Assembly (NCBI GenBank): GCA_044360245.1
Contig: JBIKKU010000001.1
Location: 1 to 54,425, forward strand
Reading direction: 5' to 3'
DNA length: 54,425 bases
From: Flavobacteriales bacterium
GTDB lineage: Bacteria; Bacteroidota; Bacteroidia; Flavobacteriales_D; UBA2798
Numbering within the stretch: position 1 is the first letter of the stretch; every line of letters begins with the position of its first letter. The notes below the pieces were generated by a model. It ran no database searches. It was given only the letters and a program-made list of their open reading frames with translations, and was not told where the DNA came from. A program made the translations under genes and the position numbers. Below are positions 17,067-26,200 of the stretch, piece after piece.

Positions 17067-18197
17067 ATGAAATCCATAATCTATTTTTCCCTACTTCTCA
17101 TTTTACTCAGTGCATGCGGCAAATCCGGAAATGTGCTCAAAGGAAGCTTTACCAATGCAGCAGGTAAAACCGTTCGTTTGGAAAGGTTCGAAAAAAACAT
17201 GCCGATGCATGTCGACTCAGCCACCATTGCAAGTGATGGAACTTTTGAATTGAGCTTTCCAAACAAAGTGGACATCTACCGTTTGAGTCTTGGTAATCCG
17301 AGTGACTATGCTGTTATTATTTTGGACAGCACCAACACTCCTGAAATTAGTGCAGATGGAAATCAAATTTTGAATACGTATAAAATCAAAGGTTCACCTG
17401 CTTCGGAATTGGTTAGCGGATTTTTTGCGCGCACCAATCAATATTTGCAAGACCGCGAGCGTTTGCGCGTGGAATTGGAAAAAGTTGCACTTACCGACAC
17501 TGCTGGTAGATCGAAGGTTTTAGCGGATGTAGAAAAAATCAAAAACGATTATTTCATGTACCGAAATAAATTCGTGGACGACAACCCTACTTCCCCTGCC
17601 TTGATGATTGCACTCAATCAATTCAATCCCGTTGAAGAATTGGACTACGTCAAAAAAATCGAAAAAGCTTTAGGTGCATCCATGCCAAAAAGCGAATACC
17701 ATGTTGCTGTAATTTCCACCATTCAACAAGCCGAAATGATGTTGTCGCAACAAAAAATGATGGCCGGAACAGTGGAGATTGGAAAACCTGCACCTGAAAT
17801 TGAATTGCCCGATCGCAACGGAAAACCAACCAAATTATCTTCCCTTCGCGGTAAAGTGGTGTTGATCGATTTCTGGGCATCCTGGTGTGTGCCTTGCCGC
17901 AGAGAAAATCCGAATGTGGTTGCTGCCTATGGAAAATTTAAGGACAAAGGATTTGAAGTGTTTTCGGTTTCATTGGACAAGGAAAAAGAAAATTGGTTGA
18001 AAGCCATTGAAGAAGATGGTTTAATCTGGCCAAACCACGTCAGCGACCTTCAGATGTGGGAATCATCTGTAGTTCCACTTTACGGAATACAAGGAATTCC
18101 ATTTACTGTGCTGCTTGATAAAAACGGCAATGTTGTGGGAACCAACCTTCGTGGCCCGGAACTTGAAGAGAAATTAAAAACAATTTTAGGAGCATGA
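17067..18197 (+). CDS. TlpA-family thiol:disulfide oxidoreductase with N-terminal DUF4369-like domain (paralogue 1)
   Basis: Lipoprotein-type signal (LLILLSAC), and a C-terminal thioredoxin fold with WASWCVPCRREN. ATG 17067 sits 1 nt after the gatB stop. Confidence 0.88.
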   Translation: MKSIIYFSLLLILLSACGKSGNVLKGSFTNAAGKTVRLERFEKNMPMHVDSATIASDGTFELSFPNKVDIYRLSLGNPSDYAVIILDSTNTPEISADGNQILNTYKIKGSPASELVSGFFARTNQYLQDRERLRVELEKVALTDTAGRSKVLADVEKIKNDYFMYRNKFVDDNPTSPALMIALNQFNPVEELDYVKKIEKALGASMPKSEYHVAVISTIQQAEMMLSQQKMMAGTVEIGKPAPEIELPDRNGKPTKLSSLRGKVVLIDFWASWCVPCRRENPNVVAAYGKFKDKGFEVFSVSLDKEKENWLKAIEEDGLIWPNHVSDLQMWESSVVPLYGIQGIPFTVLLDKNGNVVGTNLRGPELEEKLKTILGA

Positions 18198-19366
18198 TCC
18201 ATTTTCGTATTTCGACCTTCGTCGTCGCATTTATCTTCCCGCTTGCTTTATTCGCAGGCAAACCCAAAGGCAATACGGTAATCACCGGTGTTTTTACAAA
18301 CGCCTCGGGAAAGACCGTTTACTTTGAACGTTTCAACGCCGTGAATACCACAAAAATGGACTCGGCTGTGGTAAACAAAAAAGGAAAATTCATCATCAAC
18401 GCACAAGTGGACTCCATGGATTTTTTCAAAATCTCCATCGATCCAAAAGATTTTTTGGTGCTGATTTTAAAACCTGGAGAACGTGTTGAACTTTCAGGCG
18501 ATGGTGCAAAGCTGAATAAAACATACCGTGCCAAAGGATCTGTAGAATCCGTTAAACTCAATGAGTTTGTGATTTTGGTAAATACCTATGTCGACAAACG
18601 CGATTCGATTCAAAACAAAGTAAAAGAATATGCAGGCGCGGGCGATAAAGCAAAAATGAATCAGGCAAATACCGATCTTCAGGTAGCTTACAACACCTTC
18701 ATTGCCGACCGAAACGCTTATGTGGCCAAATACAGTGATTCACCTGCACTCTTAGGTGTGTTGTCGCACATCAATCCCAAACAGGATTTTGAACAACTTA
18801 AAAAAATTGAGTCCGCATTGCTCTCCTCCATGCCTAAATCGCCGTATTACTATTCTGTAAAATCATTGCGTGAGCGCACCGAGAGCGAAGTCGCTGAAGA
18901 AATCCGACGCAAAAAAGAACAAGAAGAACTGGCCAATCGTCTTGCACCCGGAAAACTTGCACCTGAAATCAACATGAATGACCGCGAAGGAAAACCTTTG
19001 CCTTTATCTTCTTTACGCGGAAAAGTGGTATTGATCGATTTTTGGGCTTCATGGTGTGGTCCATGCCGTAAAGAAAATCCAACCGTTGTTGCTGCTTATG
19101 CCAAATACAAGGATAAAGGATTTACGGTGTATAGCGTATCGCTTGACAACAGCAAACCGAATTGGCTTGCGGCTATAGAAAAAGATCAACTGACTTGGCC
19201 AAACCATGTAAGTTCATTGGCGGGATGGGGCACCGAAATTCTTAGAGAATACGGCATCAATGCCATTCCGTTTACGGTATTAATCGATCGCGAAGGAAAA
19301 ATCGTTCAGACCAATCTTCGCGGACAAATGTTATTGAACAAACTCCAGGAAATTTTCGGATTCTGA
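18194..19366 (+). CDS. TlpA-family thiol:disulfide oxidoreductase with N-terminal DUF4369-like domain (paralogue 2)
   Basis: Same architecture as the upstream gene, with WASWCGPCRKEN. The start overlaps the previous stop (ATGA). Confidence 0.88.
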   Translation: MIHFRISTFVVAFIFPLALFAGKPKGNTVITGVFTNASGKTVYFERFNAVNTTKMDSAVVNKKGKFIINAQVDSMDFFKISIDPKDFLVLILKPGERVELSGDGAKLNKTYRAKGSVESVKLNEFVILVNTYVDKRDSIQNKVKEYAGAGDKAKMNQANTDLQVAYNTFIADRNAYVAKYSDSPALLGVLSHINPKQDFEQLKKIESALLSSMPKSPYYYSVKSLRERTESEVAEEIRRKKEQEELANRLAPGKLAPEINMNDREGKPLPLSSLRGKVVLIDFWASWCGPCRKENPTVVAAYAKYKDKGFTVYSVSLDNSKPNWLAAIEKDQLTWPNHVSSLAGWGTEILREYGINAIPFTVLIDREGKIVQTNLRGQMLLNKLQEIFGF

Positions 19367-22300
19367 TGATGAAAAAATTTGCGCTCCTGTTTTTCTTCTT
19401 GGGTACATCACTTTGGATGAATGCCCAGAAAAAAGAACGAAAAGAATATTTTCAGCAAGAAGTGAATTACAGCATTGACGTCACACTCGATGATGTAAAC
19501 CACACCCTGAAAGGTTTTGAACGCATTGAATACATCAACAATTCTCCGGATGAATTAACACATTTGTATTTTCACCTTTGGCCAAATGCTTACCGCAACC
19601 GCAATACAGCCTTGGCAAAACAATTGTTGGAAAACGGTGAAACTGATTTTTATTTTGGCGATCCTGGAACTGATTATGGATACATCGATTCCTTGCATTT
19701 TGTAATTGATGGCGATACCGTAAAATGGGAATACGATTCACTTCACTGCGACATTGCCTTTATTACGCTGAACAAAATTCTCAAGCCGGGAAAAAAAATC
19801 ATCATTGAAACACCTTTTTTCGTCAAACTCCCCGCAAGCTATTCGCGACTCGGACATGTAGGACAATCTTACCAAATCACACAATGGTATCCCAAGCCTG
19901 CAGTTTACGACCGTAATGGATGGAACCAAATGCCCTATCTCGATCAGGGAGAATTTTATTCCGAATACGGAAGTTTTGATGTGCGTATTACCGTCCCCTC
20001 CAATTACGTTGTGGGTGCAACCGGTGATCTGTTTGAATGTTTTGAAGAAGAAAAATGGTTGGAAAGTCGGGCCAAGGAAACACAAAAATTACTCGACGAC
20101 AAAAAATTAAATAAGATAGGTCAGATTGAAGGAAAATGGGACGATCAATTCCCTGCGTCCTCATCAACCACAAAAACTTTACGCTACAAGCAAAAAAACG
20201 TTCACGATTTTGCATGGTTTGCCGATAAACGTTTTTATGTTTTAAGAGGTGAATACAACCTTCCGAAAAGCGACAGAAACGTAACCTTATGGGCCATGTT
20301 TACCAAAGAGAACAGTCGCTATTGGGCCAAATCCATTCAGTACATTCACGATGCATGTAAATATTACTCAAAATGGAATGGTGAATATCCATACAGCCAA
20401 ATCACTGCCGTTGACGGAACAATATCTGCGGGTGGTGGCATGGAATATCCTACCATTACAGTCATAGGTAGCGTCGGCTCCGATATTTCTCTGGAAACAG
20501 TGATCATGCATGAAGTGGGTCACAATTGGTTTTACGGCATTCTCGGCAGTAACGAGCGTTTACATCCTTGGATGGACGAAGGATTAAATTCCTTCAATGA
20601 ATTGCGTTATATCGAAACGAAATATCCTGAATTATCCCTTGCCAATTCCTTCATACCGGGAAGCGGCGTGAATTCAAAATTTGGTTTGAGTGATTTCAAG
20701 CAACGCAGTCAATATTTATTTTCTTACCTGCTCAATGCGCGCAGAAATCTTGATCAGCCCATTGAAGAAAAAGCTGAAGAATTCACTGCAACGAATTATG
20801 GAGGAATTGTGTATTCCAAAACAGCCATTGCATTTGACTACCTGCGTTTTTATCTGGGCGAAAAAACCTTCGATCGCTGCATGCAGGCCTATTATGAAAA
20901 ATGGAAATTCAAGCATCCCGAACCAGAAGATCTGCAGGAAGTTTTTCAGGAAACAGCCAAGGAAGATTTGCGCTGGTTTTTTAATGACATCATCAAAGAA
21001 GATTTGGTGATTGATTACAAAATCAAGAAAAAGAAAAAAATCGACCGCACTTCTTCCAATACCTATATGTGGATGAAGTACGAAGAAAAATTAGTCATCG
21101 TAAACAAAGGCGATGCTAATGTTCCTTTTGCCATCCAGGGATACAAAGGCGACACTGTAAATACAACGGTTTGGTACGGAGGGCATACAGGAACTGCAAC
21201 CGTGGCATTCCCGAATGGTCCTTATGATTATTACAAAATCGACGGCGTGCAGCGCATTCCTGAAGTGAATCAGGAAAACAATTACATGAAAGAAAAAGGA
21301 TTTTTCCGCACCATAGAACCGGTTAAGTTTCAATTTCTCGCAGGTATTGATAATCCGAAACGCAGCGTGATTTATTGGACCCCGGTTGTCGGAGCGAACA
21401 TGTATGACGGTTTTCAGGCCGGAATGTTGCTTTACAACAATGTATTTCCGCAACGTAATTTCGAATGGAAATTGATGCCCATGTATGGCTTCAAATCAAA
21501 ACACCTCAGCGGTTATGCAGATTTCACCGTTCACCAAAACACCAGAAAAAGCGATCTCATCAACAACATCGATTATACCGTTCGAGCATCTTCTTTTCGT
21601 ACCGGAAATTGGAAAGACGATATCCTCACTACCGTTAATGGTTTTGCAAAAGTAGAACCCGAAATATTGATTCGTCTGCGCAAGAAAAAAATGCGTAGCA
21701 TACACGATCACTTCATCATTTTAAAATCATCGCTCATTATCGAAGACACTGCTTCAACGGTGAATGATGGCGTAAACTTTATTCAGGCACCACCAAACGG
21801 TTCATCGTTCACTTATTATAACGAACTGAAATACCTTTACAAAAACAGCAAAACACTGCACCCTTGGTGGGCATCCTTTACCTTGCAACACCACAAAGAT
21901 TTCTTGCGTGCACAAGTAGAACTGGACTACAAATGGATTTACAACATCGATGGAAAAGCCATCAACTTTCGCTTTTTCGGTGGTAAATTCTTCACCAACA
22001 ACACCAACTCCGCGCGATTCAATTACCGCATGGATGGTCAACGCGGTTACCACGATTTCACCTATAGTTCCGTTTTCCCCGGACGAATGGAATACGATGG
22101 TTTTTGGTCGCGCCAGTTCCTTTATTCCTACGGAGGAATGAAAATTCCAACCGCAAATGGACAATCCAACAATTGGCTTATCGCAACCAATTTGCGCGCT
22201 GAATTACCCATTCCGGTTATAAAACTGTTTGCAGATTTCGGTATTGCTCAACCCGGAACAGATGTCACCGCATTGTATGACGCAGGAGTTTACCTTTCTT

Positions 22301-22461
22301 TATTCCGCGGATTTTGCGATGTTTATTTCCCATTGGTTTTCTCTTCAAAAATTAAAGATGAATTTACAGCCAACGGATATGGGTTTGGTGATCGAATCCG
22401 GTTTACGCTGAACCTTGACCTTGCGAATCCTTTCAAACAAGTCAAAAACATTAAGCCCTGA
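19366..22461 (+). CDS. M1-family (gluzincin) metallopeptidase with long uncharacterised C-terminal region
   Basis: Signal peptide MMKKFALLFFFLGTSLWMNAQ, GGGMEYP (GxMEN-like), and HEVGHNWFYG...(18 aa)...WMDEG zinc site. About 480 further residues have no motif I recognise. The start overlaps the previous stop (TGATG). Confidence 0.85.
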   Translation: MMKKFALLFFFLGTSLWMNAQKKERKEYFQQEVNYSIDVTLDDVNHTLKGFERIEYINNSPDELTHLYFHLWPNAYRNRNTALAKQLLENGETDFYFGDPGTDYGYIDSLHFVIDGDTVKWEYDSLHCDIAFITLNKILKPGKKIIIETPFFVKLPASYSRLGHVGQSYQITQWYPKPAVYDRNGWNQMPYLDQGEFYSEYGSFDVRITVPSNYVVGATGDLFECFEEEKWLESRAKETQKLLDDKKLNKIGQIEGKWDDQFPASSSTTKTLRYKQKNVHDFAWFADKRFYVLRGEYNLPKSDRNVTLWAMFTKENSRYWAKSIQYIHDACKYYSKWNGEYPYSQITAVDGTISAGGGMEYPTITVIGSVGSDISLETVIMHEVGHNWFYGILGSNERLHPWMDEGLNSFNELRYIETKYPELSLANSFIPGSGVNSKFGLSDFKQRSQYLFSYLLNARRNLDQPIEEKAEEFTATNYGGIVYSKTAIAFDYLRFYLGEKTFDRCMQAYYEKWKFKHPEPEDLQEVFQETAKEDLRWFFNDIIKEDLVIDYKIKKKKKIDRTSSNTYMWMKYEEKLVIVNKGDANVPFAIQGYKGDTVNTTVWYGGHTGTATVAFPNGPYDYYKIDGVQRIPEVNQENNYMKEKGFFRTIEPVKFQFLAGIDNPKRSVIYWTPVVGANMYDGFQAGMLLYNNVFPQRNFEWKLMPMYGFKSKHLSGYADFTVHQNTRKSDLINNIDYTVRASSFRTGNWKDDILTTVNGFAKVEPEILIRLRKKKMRSIHDHFIILKSSLIIEDTASTVNDGVNFIQAPPNGSSFTYYNELKYLYKNSKTLHPWWASFTLQHHKDFLRAQVELDYKWIYNIDGKAINFRFFGGKFFTNNTNSARFNYRMDGQRGYHDFTYSSVFPGRMEYDGFWSRQFLYSYGGMKIPTANGQSNNWLIATNLRAELPIPVIKLFADFGIAQPGTDVTALYDAGVYLSLFRGFCDVYFPLVFSSKIKDEFTANGYGFGDRIRFTLNLDLANPFKQVKNIKP

Positions 22462-23210
22462 CACCGGGAAAAAAAATATACTTCGCCAGTGATTTTCACC
22501 TGGGAGTTCCCACCTACGAAAAAAGTCGAGAGCGGGAAAAACTGCTTGTGCAATGGTTAACGGAAATCGAAAAAGATGCCGAAGAAATATACCTTGTAGG
22601 CGATCTATTTGATTTTTGGTTTGAATACAAAAGAGCCGTTCCAAAAGGATATGTTCGCTTTCTTGGAAAGTTAGCCGAACTCTGCGACAAAGGCATTAAA
22701 GTAAAAGTATTCATAGGCAATCACGACATGTGGATGTTCGATTATTTGCCGAAAGAAATCGGGGTTGAATTGTTCAGAGAACCCATCCGCAAGAAATATG
22801 GGCAACACGAATTTATGATCGGACACGGAGATGGTCTTGGCCCGGGCGACCGCGGATACAAACTGATCAAAAAAGTTTTCCGCAACCGATTTTGCCAATG
22901 GTCATTCGCGCGACTGCATCCCAATTTCGGTATTGGATTAGCAGATTATTTTTCGAGATCGAGTCGCAAAAAAACAAAACACGAAGACCAATATTTAGGC
23001 GACGACAAAGAATTTCTCGTGCAGTATTGCAAAACGCATTTGGAAAAAGAACACGTCGACTTTTTTGTATTCGGTCACCGCCACCTTACCATCGACATGA
23101 TGGTGGGAGAAAATAGCCGATACATCAACTTAGGCGACTGGTTGCAATTCTACACTTATGCAGTGTACGACGGAACACAACTTGAATTCAAAAAATACCT
23201 TGTTAAATAA
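22458..23210 (+). CDS. lpxH: UDP-2,3-diacylglucosamine diphosphatase; start codon non-canonical or uncertain
   Basis: Calcineurin-like phosphoesterase motifs: SDFHLG (22488..22505), GDLFDFW, GNHD, GHGD and GHRH. The frame is open from 22455, but the first ATG/GTG/TTG is GTG 22548, downstream of the DxH motif. CTG 22458 overlaps the M1 stop as CTGA. Confidence 0.8.
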   Translation: MTPGKKIYFASDFHLGVPTYEKSREREKLLVQWLTEIEKDAEEIYLVGDLFDFWFEYKRAVPKGYVRFLGKLAELCDKGIKVKVFIGNHDMWMFDYLPKEIGVELFREPIRKKYGQHEFMIGHGDGLGPGDRGYKLIKKVFRNRFCQWSFARLHPNFGIGLADYFSRSSRKKTKHEDQYLGDDKEFLVQYCKTHLEKEHVDFFVFGHRHLTIDMMVGENSRYINLGDWLQFYTYAVYDGTQLEFKKYLVK

Positions 23211-26200
23211 TTATCTGGAACGAATTACGGTGACGTGGCCAAAATAATTTTCGCCAATACCTGTAATAAAGGTGACCTCTGCTTTCCAAACGTAAACATC
23301 TTGTTTAACCAATTCACCTTTGTGGGTTACATCCCAGAAAGCATTTAAATCTTCCGTTTCAAAAATCATTTCTCCCCAACGGTCAAACACCATCCAATGG
23401 ATTTTTGCAATTCCGGAGCCCGTAACAAAGAATACATCATTTATCCCATTGCCATCAGGCGTTACTGCATTAGGAGCGAAAAAAGTTGCTTCTTCAAGAA
23501 TGACGATATTCCGTTGAAGCGTATCCTGACATCCAAACTGATTAGTCACAATTTGCGTAATGGTATAGGTGCCCGGTTCTTGGTATGCATGTTCAGGATT
23601 TTGATTGTTATCGAAGTAACCGTCACCAAAAGCATATTCCCAAGCTTGCGCACCAATGGATTCATCCGTTACCAAAATATCAGGCATGTAAATGGATGTT
23701 GCATAAGGAGAAGGCTGGAAACCGGCCTCAGGTTGCGGATAAACCGTAACGGGATAATTGAGCGTGTCCGTGTAAACACAACCATCAGAAGTCGTTACTT
23801 GCAGCGAAACAAAATATTGTCCGGCGTTGGGATACATATGATTTGGATTCTGACTGAAAGACATTGTTCCGTCATCAAAATTCCATACCCATCCAACGAT
23901 GGTTGTTGTACCGCTTGACACAGAGTTATCGGAAAAAGCAACTGCCATTGGCGCGCAACCGTTTGCATTATCCGGACCAAAATCCCATGCTACGATGGGT
24001 AGGGTTGTTACATCCATCGTTACTGTATCCGAACAACCATTATCGGTAACCACAATCAGTGTCACCTGAAAGGTGTCATTGTACACCTGAAACACGTGTT
24101 GATCCTCTTCCATGGAACTTGTGCCGCCATCGCCAAAATCCCAAGACCATGTTGCAATATTTTCTCCCGGAGCAACTACAGAGGCATCATAAAAAGAAGT
24201 TGCAGTTCCCCAACAAACCGTATTGAAAGTGAAGTCAGCAAGCGGCGATCCATACACATCCAAATTCTGTGCAATACTTGCAGTACAAGCAAATGCATTC
24301 GTCACAGTTAGCGAAACATTGTAAGTTCCTGCATTCGCAAAAACGTGTTGTGGATCTTGAACAACATCGGAACTTCCATCACCAAATTGCCAATCCCAGT
24401 TAACGATATTGGATAGAGATGCATCCGTAAATTGAACCGGCAATCCGGAACACGCACTATTCGCAGAAAATGCAGCAACAGGAATTGGATTTACAACGAT
24501 GGTATCAATCACTTGGGAGGTACATCCTCCATTGGTGGTAACCGAGTGCGTTACTATATAAGTTCCTGAGGCAGCGTAAACATGTGTTCCTGAACCATTG
24601 GTATAAATTGTACCATCTCCCATGTCCCAGGTTTGCGAAGCTATTACGCCAACAGCAATGATTGAATTATCGGCATAGTTTATCACTTCCTGTTCACATA
24701 CGGTATCCGGAAGCGTAACTCCTGCCACAGCATCGGTGCTTACGACAACAGTTCCAAATGTCATATCCTGACAATTGTTCCCATTTCCTGAAGCAATTAA
24801 AGTAACCAAGTAAGAACCCGGATTTGCATACACATGCGTTTCAATCGCATTCCCATTACTGATGACTGTACCATCACCAAAACTCCATGTCCATGCTGTC
24901 GGAAATCCGGTGGATTGATCGGTAAATGTGGTAGGCGCTCCAAGACAAACTGTATCTGCAGTAAATGAAGCAACAGGCACATCATTTACAACAACAGGAA
25001 AATAAATCGTGGTATCACAACCAAACATATTCATCACCGTAAAAGAAACATTGTAAACTCCCGGATTCTGATAAATGTAGGTTGGGTTCTGAGAAAAAGA
25101 TTGATTACCATCATCAAAATCCCAATACCAATAAACCAAAGGAGAAGCATCGGTAGTGAGGTCGGAAAAATGTGTGATGTTAAACAAACAAACTGTATCC
25201 ACCGTTACAGCTGCATCCGGAACAGTATTTACCGTAACCGGAACAACAACAGTATCCAAACAACCACTGGCATTTCCTGCGATCAAAGTAACATTAAACG
25301 TTCCTCCATTGGCAAAAGCATGGATTGGATTTTGTGTTGCATTTGTTGGAGTACCATCGCCAAAATTCCAATTCCATAATGACGGAGATCCCAAGGACTG
25401 ATCGGTGAATTGCACGGATTGTCCGGCACAAACCGTAGTATTCACAAACGCTGCATCAGGTTGTGGCAATACCACTATATTTTGCATCAGTGTATCCGAA
25501 CATCCAAATACATTTGTAACAATCAGTTCAACTTGGTATGTTCCATCAGCAGGATAGGTATGCGAAGGTGAAGGATTTACATCAAGAGCAGAACCATCAT
25601 CAAAATTCCATGACCATTGCACCGCATTGATTGATGCATCAGTGAATTGCGTTGGATAAGAAAAACAAGCTGTTGAAGCGTTCCAAGCAGCAGTTGGATT
25701 TGGATTCAACGCAATCAATTGCACGGTATAGATTCCATTGGCAGGAAACAAATGAAATGGATTTTGTTGGGTAGCAATTGCAGAACCATCACCAAAATCC
25801 CAATTCCATTGCACAGCAGCAGTCGATTGATCCGTAAAAGCAGATGCAAATCCTTCGCAAACTACAGTGTTGGTAAACTCAGCGATTGGTAAAGGATTTA
25901 CCGTAATATTTTGGGAAATGGAATCCACGCAACCAAAAGCATTTTCAGCAATCAATTGCACTATATAGTTTCCGGGAGTTGCATAAACATGCGAAGGGTT
26001 TTGCAAAGTAGAAGACGCACCATTGCCAAGATCCCAAGTCCATTGTGTAGGCGAATTTGTTGTGTTGTCGATGAAGTTGGTTACCGCACCAAGACATGGT
26101 GTGTTGGAAGAAAATGCAGGCGCGGTGCGCGGAAAAGATTGCACCGGAATGGTAATGGAATTTGTGCATCCTGATGCTGCATAACCGGCGGTGAGAATCA

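Noticed and set aside
22548-22550. GTG 22548 as the lpxH start, as in the ORF track.
   Set aside because: It would remove the conserved IYFASDFHLG block, which lies in frame with no intervening stop. See the lpxH finding for the alternative.
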